Below are positions 10,877 through 21,100 of a stretch of 64,000 bases of DNA, piece after piece. Below the pieces are notes generated by a model. It ran no database searches and had not been told where the DNA came from. It saw only the letters and a program-made list of their open reading frames with translations. The first letter of the stretch is position 1. Each line of letters opens with the position of its first letter. Position numbers and translations under genes: made by a program. Origin of the DNA: Candidatus Ozemobacteraceae bacterium (lineage in GTDB: Bacteria > Muiribacteriota > Ozemobacteria > Ozemobacterales > Ozemobacteraceae); NCBI GenBank assembly GCA_965140445.1, contig OZ223236.1:4672001-4736000 (forward strand), read 5' to 3'.

Positions 10877-11839
10877 TCAGTTCTTTTTCAGAATAAAATT
10901 TTCTACTTCTGCCAACTTATGCTTTAGTTCTGGGGTTAAAAGGTCTCTGTTGAATCTTGAAAGAGACAATTCGATTCCCTGATCCTTTAGTCCAAGTGTC
11001 CATACGCCACCTTTGAAGGTTCCATTCTGAAGCAGTTTAACAGCTTTAACCAGACCGTTATCAAGTCTTTTAACCATACTGGCAGGAACCTTACCAGGTG
11101 CAATTCGGCTCTGATCTGAATCAACTCCAATAACTAGAAATCCGCCTCTTCTGGATGCTTCAATCAGGCCAAGTCCACTTTTACCTGAGGCGTGATATAT
11201 AATTTCAGCTCCTTGTCTTTTCATGGTCAGACCGATTTCAAAAGCTTTATCAGACTGATGGAAGGCTTCAGGGGTATCACCAACATATCTTGAAATAACT
11301 TTTATCTCAGGATTAACAAAAGAAGCGCCACGTTTGAAACCTCTTTCAAAGCTACCAATAACAGGTGAATCCATTCCCCCAAGAAATCCAATCACATTGC
11401 CTTTAGCCGCAATAGCAGCAAAAGCGCCTGCATAAAAAGATCCTTCTTCTTCATCAAAGAGAATTGAAAGAACATTCGGGCTGGTCACCACTGAATCAAT
11501 CAAAACAAATTTCTGTTCTGGAAACTTTTCAGCAACTCTTCTAATAGCGTCATTGGCGAAAAGTCCAACAGCACATACCAAATCCAATTTTTTCGAGCAA
11601 AGATACTCAAGACCTTCTTCAATACCGCCAATATTGGCTGGTTCAACTACTTCTACCGAGCAATGATAATCTTTTCTGAGTCTCATTATTCCATCGTATG
11701 CGGCATCATTAAAAGAACTGTCGCGCAAACCACCGATTGAAAGAACAACCCCAATTTTTGAGGTTTCAACAGCACTCGCAGAATCAAATGAGAAGCAAAA
11801 AACAACCAGTAAACAGAGAAACAATGCTCTAACTTTCAT
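10877..11839 (-). CDS. BMP/PnrA-family substrate-binding protein
   Basis: GGLRDSSFNDAA, FDEEEGSFYAG, IGVDSDQ, SMVKRLD. Confidence 0.88.
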   Translation of the reverse strand: MKVRALFLCLLVVFCFSFDSASAVETSKIGVVLSIGGLRDSSFNDAAYDGIMRLRKDYHCSVEVVEPANIGGIEEGLEYLCSKKLDLVCAVGLFANDAIRRVAEKFPEQKFVLIDSVVTSPNVLSILFDEEEGSFYAGAFAAIAAKGNVIGFLGGMDSPVIGSFERGFKRGASFVNPEIKVISRYVGDTPEAFHQSDKAFEIGLTMKRQGAEIIYHASGKSGLGLIEASRRGGFLVIGVDSDQSRIAPGKVPASMVKRLDNGLVKAVKLLQNGTFKGGVWTLGLKDQGIELSLSRFNRDLLTPELKHKLAEVENFILKKN

Positions 11840-11857
11840 TCGGCCTCCAAATTTATG

Positions 11858-12796
11858 TTAATCGATAAACTCTTTTACAAAAGGTTTTGAATCTAATATT
11901 CCAAGACCCTTTAAAACATTTTCCATTGATGCAAGAACAACTCCTGAAAAGCTTCCAGGTTCCTTCGCCAATTCTTTAAAACTCTCTAAATAGGTCTGTT
12001 CAGTAGCATAAGGTCGGTAATGTGTCATAGAATCAAACGCGTCAGCCGCTGAAATAATCAAAGCTCCCAAAGGAATTTCATCTTCTTTAAGTCCTTTAGG
12101 ATAGCCTTTTCCATTTGGCGACTCGTGATGAAACAAAACATAATCAGCAATCTTGTCCATGCCGGGAATTTCTCTGATCATTGCAGCACCAACAATCGAA
12201 TGCGATTCCATTTTTTTTCTACTTTCTTCATCAAGTGGCCCTGAACTCTGGAGAATAGAATCAGGAAGACCTATTTTACCAATATCATGAAGCATCGCTG
12301 CCACTTCAAGATCAGCCAATTCTCTCAATGAAAGTCCAAGATCCCGACCAATTGCAACACTAAGATTTCGCACACGATCCCAGTGCCCGACATGTTCATT
12401 GGCTCTGTTTTCCAGAATTTTCATGAACAGCCCCAACAAGCCTTCCAGTCTGACAAAATCACCCAGCATCTGGAGAGAATGCTCAGCTTTTTCTGGAATC
12501 TGCCAGGATTCTACCTGCGGGCCAGATGCCATTGGAGCTCTTACACTTAAAAGCCATGTACTGCCGGAAATTGTAACTGGTATCCAGAAACGACCACCAA
12601 ATCGGCTCACTGCCTCAACAAGATCTCTGGGTAAATCTGTTGGTGGAAGAGTCCCTTTCAGGTCGTGCCCGCGCCAGGTGTGACCCCACGGGAACCACAA
12701 TTGAAGGTCCTGCCCTATTGAAGAAAGTTCATCGCCAATTATTCGTAAGGCTGATTTCCAGACTTCGGTTATGCAACTGAGTTCCAATGGCTTCAT
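11858..12796 (-). CDS. HD-GYP phosphodiesterase
   Basis: LHDIGKIG, HHESPNGKGYP, ADAFDSMT..RPY. Confidence 0.88.
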   Translation of the reverse strand: MKPLELSCITEVWKSALRIIGDELSSIGQDLQLWFPWGHTWRGHDLKGTLPPTDLPRDLVEAVSRFGGRFWIPVTISGSTWLLSVRAPMASGPQVESWQIPEKAEHSLQMLGDFVRLEGLLGLFMKILENRANEHVGHWDRVRNLSVAIGRDLGLSLRELADLEVAAMLHDIGKIGLPDSILQSSGPLDEESRKKMESHSIVGAAMIREIPGMDKIADYVLFHHESPNGKGYPKGLKEDEIPLGALIISAADAFDSMTHYRPYATEQTYLESFKELAKEPGSFSGVVLASMENVLKGLGILDSKPFVKEFID

Positions 12797-13050
12797 CAGG
12801 ACTTTATCTCCGATCAGGAATTAAATTTTATACCAGCAAAGTATAACAGATATTCTTTTAGCAAACCAGTTTTAACCAAAAGCCATTTCAAAGCGAATTG
12901 CAGATCACTCCTCTGCAACTGGCAGCCCTATCTGCACTAAGTTCAAAATTTGTAAACCATCCCTTTTAATCAATTCATAAAAATGTATTTAACTGGACTT
13001 TTGAATCATGCAAAACTAAAATCTAAACTACACAAAGCAGGAGAATCTAA

Positions 13051-14226
13051 TTGAGAATTGGAAAAATAGCATTGTTGCTAGTTCTATCTTTATTTCTTTC
13101 CCATCAGGGTTTTGCTTCCTGGCTGCTAATTCCAATGGACGCCACCCAGAAAGAGCACTGCAAAGCTTATGGCTTTGTTTATAGGTCCCTTGAAATTGAA
13201 GTCCCCGATATTTACTGGCTTTTGAATTATCGCGGCGGAAGCTTTATTGTGCCTGAAACTCAGATAGCAAAGTCAGAAATGAAAGAAATTGGAATAGTTT
13301 TCAATGAAATAAGCGACGGCGAGAAAGCAGCTATATTTTCTGAGATACAAGAAGAAAATATGGACGCTGTATCACTGGAAAAAGCCCCCAAAATAGCAAT
13401 ATATCTGGAAAGCAAAAGACATCAAGATATTGTTGCCGAAGTTTTGCGATATGCAAAGATCCCCTTTGATGTAATTTACGATGACAAAATTCTTGAGGGC
13501 GGCTTAACCGGGTATGACTGGCTTCATATTCATCATAAAGATTTTACCGGGCAAAACCACAAGCTTCCAGCCGCAGCTTCTTTTTTGTTAAACAAAGGTA
13601 AAAATCCCGTAGAGCGCTGGAAAAAGAAACAGAAAGTTGCCCAGACAATAAAAAGTTTTGTACAAAACGGCGGATTCTTATTTGCAATGTGCTCCGCAGC
13701 TGAAACCTTCGACATTTCTCTTGCTGTTGAAGGGCTGGACATAGTTCCCCCATCAATTGACGGAACTCCAACAGACGAGGGCTTTCAGAACAAAGTGGAT
13801 TATAGCAAAGGACTTGCCTTTGAAAATTACCAGATTTTAACCTCAGGCCGAGAATATTCAGACATAGATGTTTCCAGTGCAAATTCAAGAACAAGCTTTG
13901 AACTTTTTGAATTTTCTGCATCGGTTGATTCAATACCGTGCCTGCTAAATCAGAACCATGAGAAAATAATTCCCGGCTTTTCCGGGGAAACCAGCTCTTT
14001 CAGGAAATCTCTGATTAAACGCTCAGTTACAATTCTTGCAGAGAATTCTGATGGGGTTTCGGTTAGATATCTTTCAGGCTATTGCGGAAAAGGAGTCTTT
14101 GCATACTACGGCGGTCATTCTCCTAAGCGAGGCACAAACTCCTATGTGGAATTCGCCCCAGCCTACCGGCTAATTTTGAACAACGTGCTTTTCCCATCTG
14201 CCAAAATCAAGAAGCGCAAAACCTGA
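13051..14226 (+). CDS. Exported class I glutamine amidotransferase-like protein (family often mislabelled 'asparagine synthetase B')
   Basis: Signal peptide, LLIPMD..QKEHCKAYG, WLLNYRGGSF, YDWLHIHHKDFTGQ, FAMCSA, YRLILNNVLFP. Confidence 0.7.
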   Translation: MRIGKIALLLVLSLFLSHQGFASWLLIPMDATQKEHCKAYGFVYRSLEIEVPDIYWLLNYRGGSFIVPETQIAKSEMKEIGIVFNEISDGEKAAIFSEIQEENMDAVSLEKAPKIAIYLESKRHQDIVAEVLRYAKIPFDVIYDDKILEGGLTGYDWLHIHHKDFTGQNHKLPAAASFLLNKGKNPVERWKKKQKVAQTIKSFVQNGGFLFAMCSAAETFDISLAVEGLDIVPPSIDGTPTDEGFQNKVDYSKGLAFENYQILTSGREYSDIDVSSANSRTSFELFEFSASVDSIPCLLNQNHEKIIPGFSGETSSFRKSLIKRSVTILAENSDGVSVRYLSGYCGKGVFAYYGGHSPKRGTNSYVEFAPAYRLILNNVLFPSAKIKKRKT

Positions 14227-14355
14227 GAAGCTTAACTTTTACTTTCTTACCTAATGGCAATTTTTAACCCTCGTTATCCAGAGCCTGTGGTGAAAAATTT
14301 AATTACTCTGTGAGAGACTTCAAAAACGGGCATTATCGCTAGAAAAGAGATTTGG

Positions 14356-14763
14356 ATGAAATATTTTAAGTGCATATTAATACTTTTTTTGACTGCTGTA
14401 TTTCATTTCATTTTTTTCATTCCTGCTTTTTTTTGGGCTTCTTATTTCGGCCTATACAGCTCATGGGGTAGAGGAATCAGCACGGGATTATTAGTTTATA
14501 TAACAAAAGATCTCTTAATTGGTTTTCATATTATTTTTATAATCTTAAATACAATCTATCTATATCTTAAGCAAAGATTGATAGACCAAAGGGTTAGGTT
14601 TTATATAACCTTTGCATTTATAGCTTTCACATATCTAATTTATTTGGGGGAAGGGGGATTTCCTCTTTTTGATTATTTTTCTTTATTATTCTTTCAAGCC
14701 ATTCCTTTGGTTGCTGGTAATATAATTCTAACCAGAAACTTTGATAAATCAGAAGTTATATAG
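14356..14763 (+). CDS. Small multi-TM hypothetical protein
   Basis: 135-aa ORF, about 4 hydrophobic segments, very AT-rich. Confidence 0.6.
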   Translation: MKYFKCILILFLTAVFHFIFFIPAFFWASYFGLYSSWGRGISTGLLVYITKDLLIGFHIIFIILNTIYLYLKQRLIDQRVRFYITFAFIAFTYLIYLGEGGFPLFDYFSLLFFQAIPLVAGNIILTRNFDKSEVI

Positions 14764-14850
14764 CCCGAATGATTTTGTTTTGTTACTTTTTTTGGGCTGA
14801 AGCGTATATTAGAAATGATGAGGCAATTCTGGAATTTTCAGGAGTAAAAA

Positions 14851-15456
14851 ATGCAAAGTAAAAAATTTGGTCTTTTGATCATTGGATTGTTTTTTATAGT
14901 TTTCAGCGGTACCGCTGCCAGGGCAGAAGATGCATACGTTATCTTTAAGGGTTTCAATGCTGTAAAGGAAATTAAAAAAATTGATTCACAGATTTCTGCT
15001 GTTAAGGGAACATTTCTTGCCTATTATGTAAAAAAAACCAATGCTCTGGGAAGATGTACAGGAATTGTTTTTTTTAAAGCTCCACTTGATGCTATAAAGC
15101 AGATAAAAGGTGCAAAACAGCTGATGGGAAAGCTACATTTCACAATGTTTTTCTATGCCAGCGATCAATCCGTTACTCTTAATAACGAGATGGAACGATA
15201 TCCACGTGAAGAGTTTCAATGTAACTGGTCAAATACTCTGTCGAAAATGATCAAAATTATAGAATCAAAAAATTTAATGAAAGCCGATAGAGGCTCAAAC
15301 CATGTCATTAATCTGAGAAAGAACTTTAAGATTTGTGATTTTTATCTGAGAGACGAGGAAAACGGTGGAAAATACTGGATCGAAAATGATTACGCAGTTG
15401 CCTTTTATGAGGAATATCGAGGGCAGCTTACAAAGCTATTTTCAGCGCAATATTAA
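14851..15456 (+). CDS. Exported hypothetical protein
   Basis: SD AGGAG, signal peptide ending AARA. Confidence 0.7.
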   Translation: MQSKKFGLLIIGLFFIVFSGTAARAEDAYVIFKGFNAVKEIKKIDSQISAVKGTFLAYYVKKTNALGRCTGIVFFKAPLDAIKQIKGAKQLMGKLHFTMFFYASDQSVTLNNEMERYPREEFQCNWSNTLSKMIKIIESKNLMKADRGSNHVINLRKNFKICDFYLRDEENGGKYWIENDYAVAFYEEYRGQLTKLFSAQY

Positions 15457-15555
15457 GCATTAGTGCAATAACCTCAGTGGCTTCAGCCTGGCTTCCGGCT
15501 TCAAGGTTGGACCAGCGGAAGATCTTATAAATAAAGAAAAAACATCAGAACTTTG

Positions 15556-15605
15556 ACCTTAGAGCGGCATTTTTCACTGTTAAAAATGCCGCTTTAAGGT
15601 TTTTT
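15556..15605 (+). terminator. Long hairpin terminator
   Basis: accttagagcggcattttt..aaaaatgccgctttaaggt followed by T tract. Confidence 0.75.
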
Positions 15606-15774
15606 CGCTTCCTTTTACATCATCAGCTTGCCCCCTTCTAATACTTTGAGTCTTTCCAAAACTTTCAGAGCATTAGAAAGAGTTTTCTTATTTTTTTCAC
15701 CTGTTAGCAGGTATAAAATTTGGGTTGTTCAGTCTTTTGCAAACTTTCTTGTTCCAAATTCTAAGAGGTGTTAA

Positions 15775-15960
15775 CTTACAACTGTAGCCAGGGATGGTAA
15801 AATTCAACAACTTTCCTCGCCTTTTTTTAATTCTGAACAACAACCTTCAGGCTATTACCTGGTAAAGGCCGAGAACTTTGCTGAATCTATAGAGGTGGCA
15901 AAAAAGTATCCAGCTTTTGAAAATAATGAAACGGTAGAAATTTTACATTTAGGAGATTGA
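15775..15960 (+). pseudogene. 5'-truncated YciI/DGPF-family relic
   Basis: Startless frame LTTVARDGKIQQLSSPFFNSEQQPSGYYLVKAENFAESIEVAKKYPAFENNETVEILHLGD resembles the YciI C-terminal half; in-frame TAA at 15772-15774. Confidence 0.6.
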
Positions 15961-15983
15961 ACATGGAGTTAAAAAGGAGAGAT

Positions 15984-16454
15984 ATGAGAACAATTTTAAT
16001 TTTCCTTTGTTTGAACTTGTTTTTAGTTTTACCTGCAGCATTTTCAGCTGAGAACCATGTAATGAGTGTGTTTGATTTAAAATGGATTACTGGAAATTGG
16101 GAAATGGAGAAAAATGGAAAGGAAATTTGTGAGCATTGGATGAAACCTTCCGGCCAAACAATGCTCGGTATGAGCCGAACGGTAATCAAAAAGAAAACAG
16201 TTGAATTCGAGTTTGTGATTATTCATCAAGAAAAATCTGGAGAAATATTTTTTACTGTTACCCCTTCCGGTCAGGGAAAAACATCTTTTAAACTGGTTTC
16301 GGTCAGCAAAACAGAAGCGGTTTTTGAAAACCCTGCTCATGACTTCCCACAAAGAATAATTTATCGCTTGGAAAACGAAAAGACCCTTTTTGCGAGAGTT
16401 GAAACTATGGACAAGCAAAAGGGTTTTGAATTTAGGATGCTCAAGGGTAAGTAA
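15984..16454 (+). CDS. DUF6265-like exported protein
   Basis: LKWITGNW, EHW..PSGQTMLG, FENPAHDFPQRIIY; start at ATG 15984 behind AAGGAG. Confidence 0.75.
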   Translation: MRTILIFLCLNLFLVLPAAFSAENHVMSVFDLKWITGNWEMEKNGKEICEHWMKPSGQTMLGMSRTVIKKKTVEFEFVIIHQEKSGEIFFTVTPSGQGKTSFKLVSVSKTEAVFENPAHDFPQRIIYRLENEKTLFARVETMDKQKGFEFRMLKGK

Positions 16455-16499
16455 TCTGTAGAGATTCCCAGCCTATAACAAAACCATTTCTGCAATGCA

Positions 16500-17474
16500 G
16501 TGACAAAGCAAGGTTTAGATTTATATAATTGTACTCAGGAATTTAACCAGTTTGAAAAATTGAGGTATGGAAAATTGAAAAAAATCGCAAAAAAAATGCT
16601 CTGCTTTACACTAGTGACATCTCTCTCTTTTATTGCTTCTAACATCCCTGTTTTGGGAAATGATGGGCCAAATAAAGGGAAACAAAATTTAGGAAAAAAA
16701 ATGGAAAAATTAAGCCAGAAAATCATTCTAAAAGACTTAAATGTGGTTGGAATTTATGTTGAAAACCTTGATGATGCACTTAAATTTTATGTTGATCTTC
16801 TTGGTATGAAAAAAACTCGAAAACTTGGGCAAGGTTGGTTGCTTCTAGCTGATAACCTTGTAAGCGGCAATCTGTCTTTGTATGTTGAGGGGGGCCGCAA
16901 AAAATCTCAGGGGGATCCTCTTAATCAAAGCTGTATGTCTCTTTGTTTTTCCACCAAAGAAGGTATTAAGAATACTTACGCCAGGTTAGTGAAGGCAAAA
17001 GTAAATATGGTTGGAAAATATATGGCTCATAGTAATGAGTTTCATTCATTTTCATGTTTGGATCCAAGCGGCAATGTTCTAGAATTTTCTGGAAATCCAG
17101 CAGCGGTGTCTGTTGGTAAAAGGGATGATTCTAGGAATTTATCTCCAATAAATGAATTGATGTTGCCTGCGAAAAATATTGCCGAAACCAGGAAATTTTT
17201 GGCCAACTTCGGTTATAAATTGATCAATGAGCAACCATGGGGAATGGTACAGCTAAAAAGCGATTCGGGTGGTCCATCGATAAGTCTTTTCTCGCAGGAT
17301 TTTTTTAAAACTACTTCATTCGGGATCAAAACAACCTGCATTGATGAACTTTTCGAGGAATTACAAAAAAAGGGCGTCAAAATTACCGAGGATGATAGAA
17401 AAAGCGATCCTCCACGCATTGTATGTGCTGGACCTGATAACTTCGAAATCACTATTTTTCAAGAAAAAAAATAG
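16500..17474 (+). CDS. Tandem VOC/glyoxalase-family protein (start uncertain)
   Basis: VGIYVENLDDALKFYVDLLG, DPSGNVLEF; second degenerate repeat ending GPDNFEITIF. Confidence 0.75.
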   Translation: MTKQGLDLYNCTQEFNQFEKLRYGKLKKIAKKMLCFTLVTSLSFIASNIPVLGNDGPNKGKQNLGKKMEKLSQKIILKDLNVVGIYVENLDDALKFYVDLLGMKKTRKLGQGWLLLADNLVSGNLSLYVEGGRKKSQGDPLNQSCMSLCFSTKEGIKNTYARLVKAKVNMVGKYMAHSNEFHSFSCLDPSGNVLEFSGNPAAVSVGKRDDSRNLSPINELMLPAKNIAETRKFLANFGYKLINEQPWGMVQLKSDSGGPSISLFSQDFFKTTSFGIKTTCIDELFEELQKKGVKITEDDRKSDPPRIVCAGPDNFEITIFQEKK

Positions 17475-17523
17475 GTACTGCCAATTCTAACCCCCAACTC
17501 CCCCAAAGCCCATACAACATAAT

Positions 17524-17558
17524 CTCAGCCGACTCAATACTATTTTGAGCCGGCTGAG
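17524..17558 (+). terminator. Hairpin after the VOC gene
   Basis: ctcagccgactcaa..ttgagccggctgag; weak T tract. Confidence 0.55.
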
Positions 17559-17877
17559 TCTATTTTCCCAAAATTCCCATGACAATTTACCGTTTCAATG
17601 AGCTAAAAAACAACTGATTGATCTCAAAACCTCTTCCATTTGCTATTTTCCCATAAAACCACTAAAAACAGGCCATTTTACCCCATTTTTAATTCAGTGG
17701 GCTAATTTAGATTTGTAAAGAGTTGGTTTGTTTCAGGTTTACCAAAATTTGGCACTGGCAGCTTTAATAGCAAACTTATGGTTACAATTTTGCAAAAATC
17801 GGTCAGAAGTTGCATTCCAAAAAAGATTTTTTGAGGCGAGCTTAGGAAAGAGTTTGTTCGGGTGACTTTTACTTTTC

Positions 17878-17907
17878 TTGACAGTATTTAAGGCGGGAGA
17901 CTATACT
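17878..17907 (+). promoter_or_regulatory. sigma70-type promoter of the tubulin-like gene
   Basis: TTGACA (17878-17883), 18-bp spacer, TATACT (17902-17907). Confidence 0.7.
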
Positions 17908-17940
17908 TTCATTCATTAATATTCTATGGGGAGCATCTTT

Positions 17941-20900
17941 ATGAGCGAAAACTACGAAAATAGAATCGCGTTGAACCCGGCACTAATAGTGGGTCTGGGT
18001 GGAACGGGCAAAAAGAGCCTTATGAACTTCAAGGAGACTTTCTTACAGAGTCCCCAGATAAAAAATGCCTACGCAAAAGCCAATAGAGAACCATCGCTCC
18101 CGGATTTCATTGATTTGCTCTGCATTGACACTGACATTTTTGAAGCGGGTCATGAAGAGGAAAAGGTTGAAGGAGCAAAGCTTACCGAAAGCGAATATCA
18201 TCAGATAAACATCCAGAATGCTGGTCAGATAACCGGCAATCTGGATTCAGATACCTACACATACCTTTACGAATGGTTCCCGCAAAAGCTCAAGCACCAC
18301 ATTGGACAAATCAGTCAGGGTGCCCACCAGTTCAGGTTTACTGGAAGATTTGGCGTATTCGTCGATGTGCAGAAAATCTATCAGCTCATAAAAACAAAAA
18401 TGAGCAAAATAATGGCGCGCAGCAACGTTAACCAGGATGATCTGATCGTCCCTTTGACGAACAAACAGGGCCAGATCTTAACTCCAGAATTTTACATCGT
18501 AGGTTCACTTTGCGGCGGTTCTGGGGCTGGAATGTTCCTTGACATGGCCTATTTAATGAAAATGGCTTACTACCAGCTTTCTGGTGGCAAGGGCAAGCCG
18601 ACTATTATAGGAATACAGCTAACTCCAGAAGCTTTCACACAGATCGCAATTGATCCAAACGTTAACTCAACCGGGCGACTTGAAGCAAACGGCTACTCAT
18701 CTCTTGCAGAACTGTTCTACTTCATGTCTAAAGAAAAGTTCCCGCCAACTAAAAGCGCGAAAGACATTCTGAATCAAGACAGACGCAACAAATTCATGGT
18801 CAACTACGGACCAATTGGTAAAAGCCAGGATACAACGACTTTTGGAGCAGTTGCGGACGAACCCCCATTTGACCAGTGCTATCTCCTCGGGACCAGCAAC
18901 CTGGACGACATACCAACTTATTACAGCATCGCGTCGGAGTTTATTTTTACCAAGCTGGCAACCCAGCTGAGAAAAGCGCAAAATTCAATGTTGGACAATG
19001 CCTCACAGATTCTGGGCCAGAAAAACTCTGATCTTGAGGGAAACCAATTAAAATGTTTCAGCTCTGCCGGATATAAGAGCTTCTACTATCCTCTTGATGT
19101 AATTCGCGACCTGTACACGTTTAAACTTTCCATGGATCTTACCTATTGGCTGAAACTTTCCATGGATCGCATTCTTATTGATTCCATGGTTCAGGATTTT
19201 GCTGAATCCAACCCAAGCCGTCTTGACCTCTCCCCTGAGGGAATCTTTGCTCTGACTCGACAGATCATTGATCGTAAAAAGTATTGGGACAATCCAATGT
19301 TCCACACTTTGCGAACCACTAACAAGCAAAAAGATGGCGAATCAGCTTCAGCGTTCATTCTTAGACAAATCGACGAAATGAACCAGAATAGAGTTAAAAA
19401 AGACGATATTCGTGCTAAAGTTCGCCTTAAATTTGAAGAAGCGGCAATTACCGCTGGTGAATATTTAAAAGAAAAAATCATTGAGATCATAAACAATCCG
19501 GATCTCGGTGCTCATATCGCAATTGATTTCCTCAACGCCTTTGAAAAGTATCTGACTCGTTACCCACGTGAAATTCTAAACAGAAAAGTTCAGGAAATTA
19601 GAGTCAGACATGAAAAAGAACAAAGAGAATACCGAGAAATCAGTGTTCGCCTGAAAGAAAAACTATCTGGATTCGCAGGCCTCGGCGGGAAGCTAATGGA
19701 GCTTGGAACCGTCTTGAGAATGACCGACATCAACGAAGAGCGTGATAAATTGCTCAAAGAAGCCAAAGAAGCTGTGGACATGGAATACGATATGTTCTGT
19801 ATTTCATGCGCGGAAGACTTCTTGAAATACTTGAATGTTCAAGCTCAATCAGTAAGAAAACAGGTCGATATATTCGCAAAAAAATTGGAAGCAATCTCTA
19901 AGAATGGCCGAATCGAAAGACATTATGAAGAGTGTCTGGATAGAATTAAGCCATACTCTAAGGTTCAGGATGTTATCCGCACTTATATCTTTGAAGAAAG
20001 AGATATCGAGCCTTTCTACAAATATTTGCTCGGCGACCTTTCCAACAATGATATCGAAGGCGATTTCCTGGTGAAAATCAATCTTGCCAACAACTGGGAT
20101 GCATACACCAATCCAGAAAGTACTTCCCTTGAAAAGGATATTGTAAAGTATTGTCAGGAACTGGTTAACAAACGCCTGTTTGGCGGCATCGAAGACTTTA
20201 TCCACTGGAAAGATTCAGTGAGAAAGGGCTTCAAAAAGAGTCTTGTAGAAAGCCTTATGAACCAGGCAACTCCTCTCATAACTCTCAATGATCGCGGCAA
20301 TAACCAGCCTCAGCGAATGAACATTGTTACGTTGGGAATTTCCAGCGAAGAAAGTAAACTTGCTCAGGAAATCAAAGAAAGCCTTCGCAAAGGCGATATT
20401 GGGGTAACCATAGCTCCAACGAGAAATCCTTTTGAAATAAGTCTATTGCAGACTCTTCATGGAATTGCCCCATTCAATATCAGTTCGATCAACCAATGGC
20501 ATAATCTTTACAGGAAAAATACCGCCAAGATTAACTGCCATGCAATGCTCACCAATGACGCCTACCCAATTCTCTGGTCAAGCTACGGTTTGATTCCGGC
20601 GAAAAAACTGGAAGAACACTACATGGTGTATTTGCTGCTACGCTACGAACTCTATGCCGACCCGGCAAAGACAAAACATGGAATCGAATATAATAACGAA
20701 TTAGTGCAATACGAACTCTGGTATCAGCAGGATAAGCCACAACCAATGGGTCGAACCGTTACAGAATTGTTCGATTATCTAAAAAACAACACCATGGGCA
20801 TCTATCTGATCAGAAGCGTTTTCACAGAATACTGGAAAGCCCTGTCATTCCCTAAACAACATGAAATTGTAAAAAAATACCTTCCTTTGATGGAGCACAG

Positions 20901-21084
20901 AGTGAAAAAACTCGAAGATGCGATCGAAGAAGAAATCAGAAAGAACCACGAAGTAAGTGCAGCAAGTGACGAACTTCTTTCAATCAAACGCGGAATAATG
21001 AATATTCTGCGTGACTACAACGATCAGTTTGAAGCAATCCTCAAACAACGCCCAGCTGGCAGCAATGCTCCAAACATGATGTAA
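17941..21084 (+). CDS. Tubulin/FtsZ-like GTPase (Tubulin_2/FtsZl1 type) with a long helical C-terminus
   Basis: IVGLGGTG, LCIDTD, GAHQFRFTGR, GSLCGGSGAGMFLDMAY, ANGYSSLAEL, PFDQCYL; start at ATG 17941 behind GGGGAG. Confidence 0.88.
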   Translation: MSENYENRIALNPALIVGLGGTGKKSLMNFKETFLQSPQIKNAYAKANREPSLPDFIDLLCIDTDIFEAGHEEEKVEGAKLTESEYHQINIQNAGQITGNLDSDTYTYLYEWFPQKLKHHIGQISQGAHQFRFTGRFGVFVDVQKIYQLIKTKMSKIMARSNVNQDDLIVPLTNKQGQILTPEFYIVGSLCGGSGAGMFLDMAYLMKMAYYQLSGGKGKPTIIGIQLTPEAFTQIAIDPNVNSTGRLEANGYSSLAELFYFMSKEKFPPTKSAKDILNQDRRNKFMVNYGPIGKSQDTTTFGAVADEPPFDQCYLLGTSNLDDIPTYYSIASEFIFTKLATQLRKAQNSMLDNASQILGQKNSDLEGNQLKCFSSAGYKSFYYPLDVIRDLYTFKLSMDLTYWLKLSMDRILIDSMVQDFAESNPSRLDLSPEGIFALTRQIIDRKKYWDNPMFHTLRTTNKQKDGESASAFILRQIDEMNQNRVKKDDIRAKVRLKFEEAAITAGEYLKEKIIEIINNPDLGAHIAIDFLNAFEKYLTRYPREILNRKVQEIRVRHEKEQREYREISVRLKEKLSGFAGLGGKLMELGTVLRMTDINEERDKLLKEAKEAVDMEYDMFCISCAEDFLKYLNVQAQSVRKQVDIFAKKLEAISKNGRIERHYEECLDRIKPYSKVQDVIRTYIFEERDIEPFYKYLLGDLSNNDIEGDFLVKINLANNWDAYTNPESTSLEKDIVKYCQELVNKRLFGGIEDFIHWKDSVRKGFKKSLVESLMNQATPLITLNDRGNNQPQRMNIVTLGISSEESKLAQEIKESLRKGDIGVTIAPTRNPFEISLLQTLHGIAPFNISSINQWHNLYRKNTAKINCHAMLTNDAYPILWSSYGLIPAKKLEEHYMVYLLLRYELYADPAKTKHGIEYNNELVQYELWYQQDKPQPMGRTVTELFDYLKNNTMGIYLIRSVFTEYWKALSFPKQHEIVKKYLPLMEHRVKKLEDAIEEEIRKNHEVSAASDELLSIKRGIMNILRDYNDQFEAILKQRPAGSNAPNMM

Positions 21085-21100
21085 AAGTCCATTAACACAC

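Noticed and set aside
12920..12937. TGGCAG..TGCA as a sigma54 promoter
   Set aside because: Spacing is 11 bp
17750..17772. TGGCAC/TGGCAG upstream of the tubulin-like gene as a sigma54 promoter
   Set aside because: GG-to-GC spacing is 8 or 11, not 10; a good sigma70 promoter lies downstream
19123..19168. 16-bp direct repeat aaactttccatggatc in the tubulin-like gene
   Set aside because: In frame (KLSMD twice), only two copies; likely a local duplication or chance
17941..21084. Calling the tubulin-like gene ftsZ
   Set aside because: Far too long, lacks GGGTGTG and the FtsZ C-terminal peptide, and is not in a dcw cluster
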